Assembly (NCBI GenBank): GCA_963663165.1
Contig: OY760175.1
Span: 4,832,001 to 4,896,000 of the forward strand
Origin: an uncultured Desulfospira sp.
GTDB lineage: Bacteria; Desulfobacterota; Desulfobacteria; Desulfobacterales; Desulfobacteraceae
Length of the DNA: 64,000 nucleotides
Direction: 5' to 3'
The notes beneath the pieces are model-generated. The model searched no databases, was not told the DNA's origin, and saw nothing but the letters and a program-made list of their open reading frames with translations. The translations under genes and the position numbers were made by a program. Of the stretch, positions 46,621 to 57,263 are shown one piece after another. Position 1 is the stretch's first letter, and each line of letters starts with the position of its first letter.

Positions 46621-47889
46621 ATGAGAATTCTAATTGTGGACGATGAGAATATTTCACGGAGAACTCTGGCGAAAAAGGTGGAAAGCCTGGGGGAATGTAC
46701 CTGTGTCGACAGCTCAAAACAGGCCCTGGAACTTTTTGACAAGTCCCTGGAGGACAACGCTCATTTTGATTTGATCACCCTTGACGTATCCATGCCCCAC
46801 ATGGACGGCCGGGAGCTGCTCAAAGAAATCAGGAAAAAAGAGCTTAAACTTAAATTGCCGCCCCCAAAGCGGGTAAAGGTCATCATGGTCACGGCCAAGA
46901 TGAACATGTCCACCATCAAAGAGTGTATTAAGCTGGGCTGCAACGGGTATCTGGCCAAACCCGTCACCCGGTACCAGCTCATGGAAAACTTAGGCAAACT
47001 CGGGTTTGAAATTCCGGAGAAGCTGATGGGGCAGGACGACAGCAGCCATGCCCAGGTGGTTGCCGAGCTCATTCAAAAATTTTATCAGGGGGGCATTTCG
47101 TTGCCCATATTCCCCAAAATCGCCCGGGAGATTCCCCCTCTTTTCAAAGACAGGGACCCTACTGTAGAAGAATTGGAAGCCGTGGTTAAAAAAGATATTT
47201 TTATCATGGCCAAGATGATATCCATTGCCAACTCTTCTCTTTACAAGGATATGCCCCCTGTGGCCACCCTGAGGGCGGGCCTGGAACGGCTGGGGATCCA
47301 AACCATCAAGACCATTATATCCAGAGTGGCTGTCAAGAATCTTTACGAGACAAAAAGTGAACCGCTCACCGCCCAGATGGAAAAAATTTGGCTGCATTCC
47401 ATGGCAGCGGCGGTTATCGCCCAGGGGCTTGCCAAAGAACGGAATATGGAAAACCTGGACGAAATTTTTCTAATGGGCATGGTACACGACATCGGCAAGG
47501 TTTTATTGTACAGCTCATTTGTGGAAATGTCGCCGGACCACGCCCTTGATGATCCCGGCCTGGATACGGCGATTCACGAAATCCATACCACCTTTGGCGC
47601 GGCCCTGCTCAAAAGGCTCCGCTTCCCGGCGTCTTTTGTCCAGATGGCGGAATTCCACCACTGGGAGGCGTACTCAGAAGGGATAGAGCCTGAACTGATG
47701 ATCATCAGCCTGTCCGACCATCTGGCGGACGGCCTGGGATACACCAGCATCGGGGATCCTTTTGAACTCTCGGTTGACCATATCAAGGACCTCTCTGCGG
47801 TCAAACACTTGGGGCTTGCCCCTGAAAAGGTTATGGAAATCACCCAAAACAGCAAAGAGCTCATTGAAGAGACCCGCCAGGGCTTTTAA
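46621..47889 (+). CDS. Response regulator with HDOD domain
   Basis: ILIVDD..LDVSMP.MDG..YLAKP; IANSSLY, WLHS, HDIGK, EFHH. Confidence 0.9.
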   Translation: MRILIVDDENISRRTLAKKVESLGECTCVDSSKQALELFDKSLEDNAHFDLITLDVSMPHMDGRELLKEIRKKELKLKLPPPKRVKVIMVTAKMNMSTIKECIKLGCNGYLAKPVTRYQLMENLGKLGFEIPEKLMGQDDSSHAQVVAELIQKFYQGGISLPIFPKIAREIPPLFKDRDPTVEELEAVVKKDIFIMAKMISIANSSLYKDMPPVATLRAGLERLGIQTIKTIISRVAVKNLYETKSEPLTAQMEKIWLHSMAAAVIAQGLAKERNMENLDEIFLMGMVHDIGKVLLYSSFVEMSPDHALDDPGLDTAIHEIHTTFGAALLKRLRFPASFVQMAEFHHWEAYSEGIEPELMIISLSDHLADGLGYTSIGDPFELSVDHIKDLSAVKHLGLAPEKVMEITQNSKELIEETRQGF

Positions 47890-47891
47890 TT

Positions 47892-48497
47892 ATGAATCAA
47901 ACAGAACTGATCAAGGGATTCATTGAAAAAGCTGAACTGGTGTCTGCCCGGGTGGTCCGGGTGGACAGCCTTGATCAGGCATTTGAACAGGCTGTTGAGA
48001 TCTGCCGGGAAAAGCCGCCTTTGGACCCGTTGATGGATAACGGGCCGTCTTCGGCATCAGACCTTAAAATCATGGCCGCCCCCAACCTGGATGAAGACAC
48101 TTATGCCGGGCTGTCCAAGGCCGTAAGCCGCCACCCGGATATTCACCTGATCCGGGACCATCTCAGGGATTATCCCGGCGGGATTGATATGGGGCTTACC
48201 CTGATGGACGCCGGCATTGCCGAGACCGGAACCCTGGTGCTCAATTGTGATTCTGAAGAGACCCGCCTTTGCACCATGCTGTGTGAGATCCATGGGGCCG
48301 CTGTTTTTGAATCCGATATCCGGCCCACCGCCCTTTCCATGGCCGACGACTTAACGGCCAGGGTAACACCGGCCCATTCCTATACAGCGTTTATCACCGG
48401 CGCCAGCCGGACCGCCGATATTGAGCGGGTCCTGGCCATTGGTGTCCACGGTCCCCTGGAACTTTTCATTTTTCTGATAAGGGGGAATGGCGCATGA
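47892..48497 (+). CDS. Lactate utilization protein (LutC/YkgG, LUD domain)
   Basis: GIAETGTLV, FITGASRTADIERVLAIGVHGP. Confidence 0.9.
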   Translation: MNQTELIKGFIEKAELVSARVVRVDSLDQAFEQAVEICREKPPLDPLMDNGPSSASDLKIMAAPNLDEDTYAGLSKAVSRHPDIHLIRDHLRDYPGGIDMGLTLMDAGIAETGTLVLNCDSEETRLCTMLCEIHGAAVFESDIRPTALSMADDLTARVTPAHSYTAFITGASRTADIERVLAIGVHGPLELFIFLIRGNGA

Positions 48498-50626
48498 CCT
48501 CATCAGAAAGCCCGGCATCCTATAAATCCCGCCTGGATCAGGCCCTGAAGAATGAGTTTTTAAGAACCGCCATGGACAAGTTCGCCGTGTCCTACCGGGC
48601 CTCCCGGGAAAACGCCTTTGCCGGCATTGACCTGGACGGCCTGATCAATGAAGTGGCGGATATAAAAGCTAAGGCCATCCGGAATATGGACGCCCTTTTA
48701 GAAGAATTTACCCGGAAAGCAATGGCGGCCGGGGCTAATGTCCATGTGGCCCAAACGGCTGAAGACGCCAACCGGATCATTGCTGATATTGCCCAGGACA
48801 CCGGCTCTCTTCGGATCATCAAATCAAAGTCCATGACCGCCGAGGAGATCCACTTAAACCAATGGCTGGAAAACTCAGGGATAGAGGTCACAGAAACCGA
48901 TTTGGGGGAATGGATTGTCCAGCTGAGAAAAGAGGGTCCTTCCCACATGGTCATGCCGGCCATTCACCTGTCCCGGCACCAGGTGGCCAACCTGTTTTCC
49001 CAGGTCACGGGAAAGGAACAGGACCCGGAAATTGAGCGGCTGGTCAAGGTGGCCCGGAAAAATTTAAGGGAAAAATTTGTCCAGGCGGATTTAGGCATCA
49101 CCGGGGCCAACTATGCCCTGGCCGATACCGGCACCATCGGCATCGCTACCAATGAAGGCAATGCCCGCCTGGTCTCCACCCTGCCAAAGGTCCATGTGGT
49201 GGTTTTAGGCCTTGACAAGCTGCTGCCGTCCATTAAAGAGGCCTTAACCATTAACCGGGTCCTGCCAAGGAATGCCACAGGTCAGGCCATTACCTCCTAT
49301 GTGACCTGGATCACAGGGCCCAGCGAATGCAAGCCGGCCCCGGGCGGGAAACGTCAGATGCACATTGTGTTCATCGACAACGGCCGGCGGAAAATCGCAC
49401 AAGATCCCGTATTTTCCCAGGTGCTCCACTGTGTCCGCTGCGGGGCCTGCGCCAATGTCTGCCCGGTTTACCGGATGGTGGGGGGGCATCAGCTCGGGTA
49501 CATTTATATTGGTGCCATCGGCCTGATCACCACCTATTTTTTCCACGGCAGGGAACATGCCCGGAACCTGGTCCAGAACTGCACCAACTGCGGGGCCTGC
49601 AAAACAGTCTGTTCGGCCGGCATTGATCTTCCCTGGCTGATCAAGGAGGTTCATGCCCGGATTCAGGATGAAGAGGGGCACCCCTTAAAGAGCCTTCTGC
49701 TGGCCAAGGTCTTGAAAAACCGTAAACTGTTCCATGCCCTGCTGCGGAGCGCGAGCCTGGCCCAAAAGCCTTTTACCGGCAACACCCCATACCTTCGCCA
49801 TCTGCCCATGGTTTTTTCAAAAGAGCATAATTTCAGGGTGCTGCCGGCCATTGCCAAAACCCCTTTCCGGGACCGGTTTGTGAAATTGAATGCCCCGGTC
49901 ACCTCCCCGGCGGTTAAAATTGCCCTGTTTTCAGGCTGTGTCCAGGATTTTGTCTACCCCGAGCATCTTGAAGCGGCCATGCGGGGCTTTTCCCAGAATA
50001 ACGTGGCGGTCCGCTTTCCCATGGGTCAGACCTGCTGCGGTCTTCCGGCGGTAAGCATGGGGGAAATGGACGCGGCCCGGGATGCCGGTCTTCAAAATAT
50101 AGACGCCTTTGAAGATGCGGGCGTGGATTATATTGTGACCCTGTGCGCGTCCTGCGCCTCCCATCTTAAACACGGCATGCCCCATCTGGTGAAGGATGGT
50201 GATGCCCAAAGGGCCCGGGAATTCAGTGAAAAGGTCCTGTCTTACAGCCAGTTCATGGACAGGATTTTTAAAAAAGAGGGGCGCCCAGGCCCGGGAAAGA
50301 AAACCGCCTTTCATTCCCCCTGCCACCTTTGCCGGGGCATGGGGGTGAAACAAGCGCCCCGGACCCTGATTGAAAATTCCGGGAACACCTATGTTCCCAC
50401 GGCAGAAGAGGAAACCTGCTGCGGTTTCGGAGGCAGCTTTACCGCCAATTTTCCGGCCGTGTCCAGTGAAATCCTGAACAAAAAACTTGAGGATGTTGAG
50501 ACCTCCGGGGCTAAACTGCTGGTCACCGAGTGTCCCGGCTGCGTGATGCAGCTTCAAGGCGGGGCCATGAAGCAGAACCGCAACTTCAAAGTGATGCACA
50601 TCGCCGAACTGCTATACCCGGAATAA
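48494..50626 (+). CDS. ldhH: L-lactate dehydrogenase large subunit (LutB-LutA fusion, LdhH-like)
   Basis: KSKSMTAEE, ETDLGEW, CVRCGACANVCP, CCG domains. Confidence 0.85.
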   Translation: MTSSESPASYKSRLDQALKNEFLRTAMDKFAVSYRASRENAFAGIDLDGLINEVADIKAKAIRNMDALLEEFTRKAMAAGANVHVAQTAEDANRIIADIAQDTGSLRIIKSKSMTAEEIHLNQWLENSGIEVTETDLGEWIVQLRKEGPSHMVMPAIHLSRHQVANLFSQVTGKEQDPEIERLVKVARKNLREKFVQADLGITGANYALADTGTIGIATNEGNARLVSTLPKVHVVVLGLDKLLPSIKEALTINRVLPRNATGQAITSYVTWITGPSECKPAPGGKRQMHIVFIDNGRRKIAQDPVFSQVLHCVRCGACANVCPVYRMVGGHQLGYIYIGAIGLITTYFFHGREHARNLVQNCTNCGACKTVCSAGIDLPWLIKEVHARIQDEEGHPLKSLLLAKVLKNRKLFHALLRSASLAQKPFTGNTPYLRHLPMVFSKEHNFRVLPAIAKTPFRDRFVKLNAPVTSPAVKIALFSGCVQDFVYPEHLEAAMRGFSQNNVAVRFPMGQTCCGLPAVSMGEMDAARDAGLQNIDAFEDAGVDYIVTLCASCASHLKHGMPHLVKDGDAQRAREFSEKVLSYSQFMDRIFKKEGRPGPGKKTAFHSPCHLCRGMGVKQAPRTLIENSGNTYVPTAEEETCCGFGGSFTANFPAVSSEILNKKLEDVETSGAKLLVTECPGCVMQLQGGAMKQNRNFKVMHIAELLYPE

Positions 50627-50771
50627 CGGGCTTCGGCTTCTAAAAAATAAGACCAGCGTAACCGGATTTATAATAAACTTAATCTTCAATAAACCTGAAC
50701 GGAGACCGGATGCGCGCCTCCAAGGGAACCCGGCATCCGGCAGCTATCGTTACATTTTTGGTCAATGCAAG

Positions 50772-50822
50772 GTTGGAGCGGGCCATGCCCGCGATCGAAT
50801 CGCGGGCATGGCCCGCTCCAAC
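50772..50822. repeat. REP doublet (REPIN-like), copy 2, nested inside a GGAGACC/GGTTTCC hairpin
   Basis: GTTGGAGCGGGCCATGCCCGCGA tcgaa TCGCGGGCATGGCCCGCTCCAAC. Confidence 0.85.
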
Positions 50823-51033
50823 CCTACCGCTCAAACCAGGGAACTTGACGGTTTCGGTCTCCCGCCGCCTTTTCTCCGGTTTCCGTTTTTTACATTTACA
50901 AATGATTTCAAAATATCATGCCGGATTATAAATTCGATTACCCTGAAAATAAGGTTCTATCCCCTTGACAAAACAATATAAAGTTGCAATGGTTTAACCA
51001 TTGATATATGAAATTAAATGCAGGAGATCGGCC

Positions 51034-51945
51034 ATGATCAATAAACTCATCAGCAACATCCTTCCCCACATGCCGGAAAAACTGGTATGGATGGTTTCAA
51101 AAAATTATATTGCGGGTAAATCCGTTCAGGATGTTTCTGCAGCATGCCTTGACCTGAACCAAAATCAGGTCATGGTCACCATTGATATTCTCGGGGAGTT
51201 TATTGAAACCCTTGACCAGGCCAAGGCCAATATGGATGAATACGTGGCGCTGATCCACGCCATTCAGGAGCAGAACATCAACGGCAACTACTCGGTCAAA
51301 CCCACCATGTTCGGGTTGCTTTTGGACGAGGAAGCCTGCTATCAGCACATCCGGGAAATTGTCAAAACCGCTGCCGCCCACAACAATTTTATCCGCATTG
51401 ACATGGAAGACTCCCCCTGTGTGGACAAGTCCATTGCCCTGTTCCGGCGGATCAAGGCAGAGTTTCCTGAAAACATTGGCCTGGTCCTCCAGGCCTATCT
51501 GAAAAGGACCCTGTCCGACATTGAGTCCATGCTGGATTTGAAAACCGAATCTCAGGACTTGAATTTTCGCCTGGTCAAGGGAATTTATATTGAGCCGGCC
51601 GCCATTGCCTATAAAGATCCGGCGCAAATCAATGCCCATTTTATGGAAGACCTTGAATTTATGATCAAAAACGGGGTCTATGCCGCCATTGCCACCCATG
51701 ATAAGGCCTTAATCGACGGGGCCCTTGACTTGATTCAAAAATACGATCTGGCCAAAGACCGGTACGAATTTCAGATGCTTTACGGGGTTACCCCGGGCCT
51801 TCGCTCCGAGTTGGTGGGTGCCGGCCATCCCATGCGGGTATATGTCCCTTACGGCGAACACTGGTTTGGCTATTCCACCCGGCGGCTCAAAGAAAACCCC
51901 TATATTGTCAAGCACATTGTCAAGGCGGTGTTTTATAAAGGATAA
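51034..51945 (+). CDS. Monofunctional proline dehydrogenase
   Basis: SVKPT, RIDMEDS, LQAYLKR, RLVKG.Y, IATHD, EFQMLYG, RVYVPYG..Y..RRL.E. Confidence 0.93.
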   Translation: MINKLISNILPHMPEKLVWMVSKNYIAGKSVQDVSAACLDLNQNQVMVTIDILGEFIETLDQAKANMDEYVALIHAIQEQNINGNYSVKPTMFGLLLDEEACYQHIREIVKTAAAHNNFIRIDMEDSPCVDKSIALFRRIKAEFPENIGLVLQAYLKRTLSDIESMLDLKTESQDLNFRLVKGIYIEPAAIAYKDPAQINAHFMEDLEFMIKNGVYAAIATHDKALIDGALDLIQKYDLAKDRYEFQMLYGVTPGLRSELVGAGHPMRVYVPYGEHWFGYSTRRLKENPYIVKHIVKAVFYKG

Positions 51946-51958
51946 GGGCTCGACGTCA

Positions 51959-52654
51959 TCAGATCCAGACCTTTAATTCAGTCAACGCGGTTGAGGCCAT
52001 CAGATACGGTTGTTGGGCGGCCAATGCGGCTGCCTGCATCTCATTGAACAGTCTGTTCAAGGACCACGTTTCAATGTGGCGGGCGGGGGCATCGCTGTAA
52101 TCGGAAACATATCCCCACATATGCAGGAGCGCATTCCTGATCCCGCCGGCTGATGGTGCTGTTCGTGATGTTTCGGTGAGCAGGACGGCAAGCTCTTTGA
52201 AATCCTGAGCAGGAGACATTTGGGCCACCCCCCGGCCGATTTTTTTGTAAAGGTTGGGGTCCCGGGCCAAAACCGAGTATTTGTGATGGGCCCATATGTC
52301 CTGGGCTGTATGGGGAAGCCCGATTCTTCCGGGCTCTTTGTCCCGGTATTTTTCACAAAGAATGGCAAACTGGTCAAACGGGGAGTCGATATAGGTTTGA
52401 GGCCACATCCCCTTGTTTTTGCGTGTGGTTACCGGGGACTTGTCCGTGAAGTTCCTTAAAGACATTTCCGCGGCCAGCAGGCGGTGCCTTAAATTCAGCG
52501 CCCACCCGCAATCAACCCATCTCAAGGTCTCAGGATGCCGGGCATATCCTTTCTTTTTGTTGACAATGATGGAGACGATGCCATGAAGTTCACGGTGTTC
52601 GCCCAGCAAACTTTGCCGGTTTAAATACCCTGGATGAATGTCCCAGACTCTCAT
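51959..52654 (-). CDS. Pyrimidine-dimer DNA glycosylase-like domain fused to DUF1722-like domain
   Basis: MRVWDIHPGYLNRQSLLGEHRELH, GYARHPE; WAHHKYSVLAR, NALLHMWGY. Confidence 0.75.
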   Translation of the reverse strand: MRVWDIHPGYLNRQSLLGEHRELHGIVSIIVNKKKGYARHPETLRWVDCGWALNLRHRLLAAEMSLRNFTDKSPVTTRKNKGMWPQTYIDSPFDQFAILCEKYRDKEPGRIGLPHTAQDIWAHHKYSVLARDPNLYKKIGRGVAQMSPAQDFKELAVLLTETSRTAPSAGGIRNALLHMWGYVSDYSDAPARHIETWSLNRLFNEMQAAALAAQQPYLMASTALTELKVWI

Positions 52655-52657
52655 GAT

Positions 52658-53551
52658 TTATCCTAACGGACCAAACCCGTATAGCCTGGCCGGGTTGTCC
52701 ACCAGGATTCCGGTTAAGGTCTTTTCATCGGGGACCCATGCGGCCAGAAGGTCTAACAAATCCCCGTCATTGGGCATGGGCACATTAATACAGGGATGGG
52801 GCCAGTCCGTGGCCCAGACCACCCGGTCCGGATTGGTTTCAATGATTTTTCGGGCATAAACCGCGGTGTCGGTGTAGGGAACGGTCTTTTGGCCGGTAAT
52901 CCGGTAAGCGCCCGAGACCTTGACCCAGGCCCGGCCTTTTTCCAGCATGGCCAGCATTTTAACGAATCCCGGATGATTTACCCCAAGGGATGCGGGCATA
53001 TGTCCCATATGGTCAAACACCACATCCACAGGCAAATCGGCCAGGGTGTCCAGATCAGGGAATTGCGAGACATCCACCAGCATTTGCAGATGCCAGCCCA
53101 GAGGGGCAATCTTGCGGGCCAGGTTTCTGATATCAGATATGGTAATGCCGCTTTTAAACAGCAGGTTGATCCGGATCCCCCGGGCACCCCTTTCGTGCAT
53201 GCGCTTAAGCTCCCCGGCATCAACAGCCTCATCCACCACCACCACAGCCCTGAAATTCTCCCCGCCCTGGGCCACGGCATCCAGGGTGGCCCGGTTGTCT
53301 GTGCCGTATACCGATGGCTGAACAATGACGGCCCGGTCCAGGCCCAGGGTGGCCAGCATCTTTTGATAATCTGTCAGAGATGCTTCGGGGGGCGTGTAAG
53401 ACCGGTGAGGGGTGTAAGGATACAGGGTTTCAGGCCCCAGGATGTGGGCATGGCAGTCACAGCCCCCCGGGGGCGCTTTAAACCCGGGGGCTTTTGGATT
53501 TGGATCTGCGCCGGCGCATTCCGGAATATGGGGCTCTTTGGTCAGTGCCAT
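52658..53551 (-). CDS. Amidohydrolase (2-pyrone-4,6-dicarboxylate lactonase-like)
   Basis: CDCHAH, VQPSVYGTDN, GARGIR, FDHMG, WVKVSG.YR, WATDWPH. Confidence 0.88.
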   Translation of the reverse strand: MALTKEPHIPECAGADPNPKAPGFKAPPGGCDCHAHILGPETLYPYTPHRSYTPPEASLTDYQKMLATLGLDRAVIVQPSVYGTDNRATLDAVAQGGENFRAVVVVDEAVDAGELKRMHERGARGIRINLLFKSGITISDIRNLARKIAPLGWHLQMLVDVSQFPDLDTLADLPVDVVFDHMGHMPASLGVNHPGFVKMLAMLEKGRAWVKVSGAYRITGQKTVPYTDTAVYARKIIETNPDRVVWATDWPHPCINVPMPNDGDLLDLLAAWVPDEKTLTGILVDNPARLYGFGPLG

Positions 53552-53733
53552 TCAATTATCAGCCATTGGTTGAAGGCTGGCGGCTGTCAGGATTGCCGGT
53601 TCCGTGGCCTTCATAAAATGATTGTTTTTAACATTTTTTGAGTTGAAACTTCCAGATAAACCTGATGTAAAGGAAAGGATTCATTGGTCGGAAATGGAAT
53701 AACCGTTCAAATTTTAGGTAAAAAGGGTTTCTT

Positions 53734-54657
53734 ATGAAAAATCATTACATCCCTGAAGACCGCTTTCCAATGGCCCTCAGTCCCAATGTATTCATGCTGG
53801 GCAACTATTTTTTCAACCTTTTTCTGGTCCGGGGGAATACGGGCTCAGCCCTTTTTGAAACGGGAATTTCCGGCATCTGCGATGCCGTGATCGCACAACT
53901 TGATGTATTGGGGGCTAAACCGGATTTTCTGATCCCAAGCCATCCCCATACCGACCATATCACCGGCCTGCCCGGGTTGGCACAACAATTTCCCAACGCA
54001 AAAATCCTGAGCGGTGCCGGTGCCGCGAATTTTCTTTCCCATCCCAAAGCCGCTGCGCCCCTGATCAGGGACGACCGCTTCATGTCCCAAAGCCTTGAAA
54101 AAATGGGCATCCGGCCGGGAAGGCCTTCCCTTGAAACGGTCCCGGACCTCTCTTTGGCCCGGGAGATTGACGCCCCCTGCCGGTTTGACCTGGGCGGCAT
54201 TACATTGGAACTTATCCCGGTCCCGGGGCATTCCCCCGGCAACCTGATCGGCCGGGTCCTGGAGGAAAATATAATATTGAGTGCCGACAGCATAGGGTTC
54301 CATTTTCCGGGCCGCTGGTTCTATCCCCTCTTTTTTACCGGGGTCAGGGACTATCTTTCCACCCTTTCGTTTATCCGGGACCTTGCCCCTGCCATGATCT
54401 GCCCGGCCCACCAGGGACCGCTGAAAGGAGAGGCAGCCTTAAACGCCATAAAGGAATCCACGGACACCACCCGCGAGATCATCCGCCGGATCAACACCGC
54501 AGGCCTGTCCGACGAACAGTTTGCCATGGAACTGTTCACCAAAGGGTATAAGGATGAGTTTACCCTCTACACCCGGGAAAATATCCTGAACTGTTCCCGG
54601 CTTCTGGTCAAACGGGCCCGGGAGGGGGTCAGGGAGGTGGGGTCAAACCTTGATTAG
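53734..54657 (+). CDS. MBL-fold metallo-hydrolase
   Basis: SHPHTDHITG, PGHSPG, PAHQG; the last codons run through a GGGGTCAAACCTTGA repeat. Confidence 0.9.
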   Translation: MKNHYIPEDRFPMALSPNVFMLGNYFFNLFLVRGNTGSALFETGISGICDAVIAQLDVLGAKPDFLIPSHPHTDHITGLPGLAQQFPNAKILSGAGAANFLSHPKAAAPLIRDDRFMSQSLEKMGIRPGRPSLETVPDLSLAREIDAPCRFDLGGITLELIPVPGHSPGNLIGRVLEENIILSADSIGFHFPGRWFYPLFFTGVRDYLSTLSFIRDLAPAMICPAHQGPLKGEAALNAIKESTDTTREIIRRINTAGLSDEQFAMELFTKGYKDEFTLYTRENILNCSRLLVKRAREGVREVGSNLD

Positions 54658-54694
54658 TGAATAAGTTGATATATCTTGGTCAAGATCTGCCCCC
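54620..54694. repeat. Gene-less doublet of element-2 ends between convergent genes
   Basis: GGGAGGGGGTCA GGGAGGT GGGGTCAAACCTTGATTA (54639-54656; 18/18 with 56214-56231) ... TCAAGATCTGCCCCC (54680-54694). Confidence 0.75.
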
Positions 54695-56134
54695 ATTCCC
54701 ATCCATTTCCCGCTTAAGGATATTCAGGGAGTTGCGGGCCTGCTGATAATCGGGGTTCAGTTCCAGGGCCTTCTCAAAACTGGTTCTGGCCTTGGAAAAA
54801 TCGCCTTTTTTATAATAGACATACCCCAAAGAGTTATAGGCCTCCACAATGGCGGCATCCTTTTGCACCACATCCAGAAGAATTTTTTCAGCCTGGTCAA
54901 ACCGTCCCAAATCGCCTAAGGCCACGGCCATGTTAAAAGTGGCCGGCAAAAGGTCGGGCTGGATATCCAGCGCCTTTTGAAATTCATTGATGCTGGCCTC
55001 CTTTTCGCCCTGGTTGAACAATTCATTGCCCTTTTCAAAATGGGGGGCGGCCACTTCTGGCGGGGTCTCGGGCATCCGGACAGGCCCAAGCCCGGTATCG
55101 GGAACAAGATAATTGGCCCGGGCCAAAGGACTGTTAAAATCGGCCAGTTCCATCATTTTATGGGGCAGAACACAAACACTGAAAATTTCATCCACGCCGG
55201 CGGTAAATTCAATCCAGGTCAACTCCCTGCCGGTATTGATATCCACCACCCAGACCCCGCAGATCCGCCGGGGCAGGCGGGTGACAGGCAGGCCGCTGAA
55301 CGTGGCGCTCTCCCTGACCTTGGAAACGCCGATAAAGGCCAGGTCGTTAATCAGCTGAAATCCTCTGGTAAACCCCGGCACCCGGGACTTTTCCATGACG
55401 GTTCCCGTATCCGGGTCCAACCGGCACAATGCACCTTTGCCGGATTCCAGAAACCAGATCGCATCCTGGTGCCATCTCGGGGAATGGGGCATACTCAATC
55501 CTTCGGCCAGGATCTTATTGGTGTCAATATCCATGAGCATCCCGCCGTTGGCCTTATGGGCCCGCCACCCCATGGGGTCATCGGTCTTTCCCAGAAAGGT
55601 GACGTATCTAGGGCGCCCGTCCCGCATGCCAAGGCCGTTAAGATGGCACTTATCCACCGGTGAGAGATCAGAGATAAACGGCGGTTTCCACACCGGTACA
55701 AAGCTGTTTGCCCCGTCATTGACGCACAGGCAGGAGAACTTGGTATTGATGAAATAAAGCCGGTCGGAAAATGCCATTTCATGGATATCAATATCCCCTG
55801 TAAAATGGATATTAAAGGGCAGATAACAGGCGGTGAACACCTTTTCCTTATCCCCCCGGGGGGCTGCGGTGGAAAGATTCTGGAAATGCCATAAGCTGTG
55901 GCCCATGCCGGCCCACAGATTCCTGCCGTGGGTGGTCATGCCCATGGGCCGTAAAAAATCTCTATAACGGATATCCAGTTTTCCGTTTTCCTGGCCCACA
56001 AGTAGAATTTTGCCGGACTGATAGGTACTGACAACAAGGGTAATCCCGAATTGTTCCAGCATTTTTACAAGGCTGTCAGGATAATTAAAGGAGATGGTCT
56101 GGGGTATTTTCCCCCCGGTCTTATGGCCACTCAT
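54680..56134 (-). CDS. TIGR03032/DUF4915 family protein with C-terminal TPR repeats
   Basis: STYQSGK, TGDIDIHEM, NTKFSCL, WKPPFIS, DKCHLNG, GLSMPHSPRW, PGFTRG; TPR tail. Confidence 0.88.
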   Translation of the reverse strand: MSGHKTGGKIPQTISFNYPDSLVKMLEQFGITLVVSTYQSGKILLVGQENGKLDIRYRDFLRPMGMTTHGRNLWAGMGHSLWHFQNLSTAAPRGDKEKVFTACYLPFNIHFTGDIDIHEMAFSDRLYFINTKFSCLCVNDGANSFVPVWKPPFISDLSPVDKCHLNGLGMRDGRPRYVTFLGKTDDPMGWRAHKANGGMLMDIDTNKILAEGLSMPHSPRWHQDAIWFLESGKGALCRLDPDTGTVMEKSRVPGFTRGFQLINDLAFIGVSKVRESATFSGLPVTRLPRRICGVWVVDINTGRELTWIEFTAGVDEIFSVCVLPHKMMELADFNSPLARANYLVPDTGLGPVRMPETPPEVAAPHFEKGNELFNQGEKEASINEFQKALDIQPDLLPATFNMAVALGDLGRFDQAEKILLDVVQKDAAIVEAYNSLGYVYYKKGDFSKARTSFEKALELNPDYQQARNSLNILKREMDGNGGRS

Positions 56135-56243
56135 TTTTTTCCAATCTGTTCAAGTGTGGTCTGCTACGCATTTCTCCTTATAGTTCAGTTTTCCCGCCTT
56201 GGCAAACAACTATGGGGTCAAACCTTGATTATAGCATTAAAAA

Positions 56244-56272
56244 TTGACTGGATTTTCAGATGCTGATAATAT
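56244..56272 (+). promoter_or_regulatory. Sigma70-like promoter predicting a leaderless transposase mRNA
   Basis: TTGACT-N17-TAATAT, 6 nt before ATG 56279; no RBS. Confidence 0.55.
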
Positions 56273-56278
56273 AACGGC

Positions 56279-57253
56279 ATGTCAAGACCTTTGAGAATAG
56301 AATTTGACGGTGCTTATTACCATGTCCTCGCCCGAGGAAATCATCACGGCCCCATTTTTAATACTGAAAATGATTACAATACTTTTCTTGAGTTATTAGA
56401 GGAGCTTACTGATCGGTTTCTGATCACTATATATGCCTATGTTTTAATGGGGAACCATTATCATCTGCTGTTGCAGACCCACCGGGCCAATCTTTCAAAA
56501 GCCATGCAGTGGCTTGGAACGACTTATACCAGACGGTTCAACATAAAAAACAAGCAAAGTGGGCATCTGTTCCAGGGGCGGTTTAAAAGCATTCTGGTGG
56601 AAAACACCTCATATTTCTTTACCCTTTCTTGTTATATCCATAGAAACCCGCTGCGGGCTCAGATGGTTAAAAGGCTGATGGATTATAAATGGAGCAGCTA
56701 CCCCTATTATGCATATCCACGAAAACAGCCGTCCTGGCTGGACACAGACCAAATTCTTTCACAGGTTGGCCAGGGCAAGGAGAGGCATTCATTGTACCGG
56801 AAAAAGGTTCAGGCTTACAGCGAAGAAAAGGAGTCCGTCTGGGAGCAGGTGAAATTCGGGTTTCTTTATGGATCTAAACCGTTTGCAGATAGCATTAAAG
56901 ACAAATATCTGCCGGACAGTCCGGACGGGGAGCGGCCCCAGTTGAACAGAATTTTAAAATCCTATTCCCCCGGGATTCTGATCAAACAGGCTGAACAGGT
57001 ACTCAATTGTGATATTGAATATTTCCGCCATACCAGCAGACTGACCGGGGCGGACCTGGACAAAAGAGATACCCTTGTCATCCTGCTATGGGAAATTGGA
57101 AGGTACAGCAACACAGAGATAGGAGAACTGCTTGGTCTTACACACTCATCGGTCAGTAAACGGTTGACCCGGGCCAAAGGTCTTGTGAAAAGCAGGGAAA
57201 ATAATCCTGTGAAAATAAATTATGATAAAATAAAGGCTATAATCAAGGTTTGA
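56279..57253 (+). CDS. REP-associated tyrosine transposase-like protein (Y1/HUH) with C-terminal HTH
   Basis: MSRPLRI..YHVLARG, MGNHYHLL, GHLFQGRFKS, YIHRNP, WSSY; YSNTEIGELLGLTHSSVSK. Confidence 0.9.
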   Translation: MSRPLRIEFDGAYYHVLARGNHHGPIFNTENDYNTFLELLEELTDRFLITIYAYVLMGNHYHLLLQTHRANLSKAMQWLGTTYTRRFNIKNKQSGHLFQGRFKSILVENTSYFFTLSCYIHRNPLRAQMVKRLMDYKWSSYPYYAYPRKQPSWLDTDQILSQVGQGKERHSLYRKKVQAYSEEKESVWEQVKFGFLYGSKPFADSIKDKYLPDSPDGERPQLNRILKSYSPGILIKQAEQVLNCDIEYFRHTSRLTGADLDKRDTLVILLWEIGRYSNTEIGELLGLTHSSVSKRLTRAKGLVKSRENNPVKINYDKIKAIIKV

Positions 57254-57263
57254 CCCCAATTCC

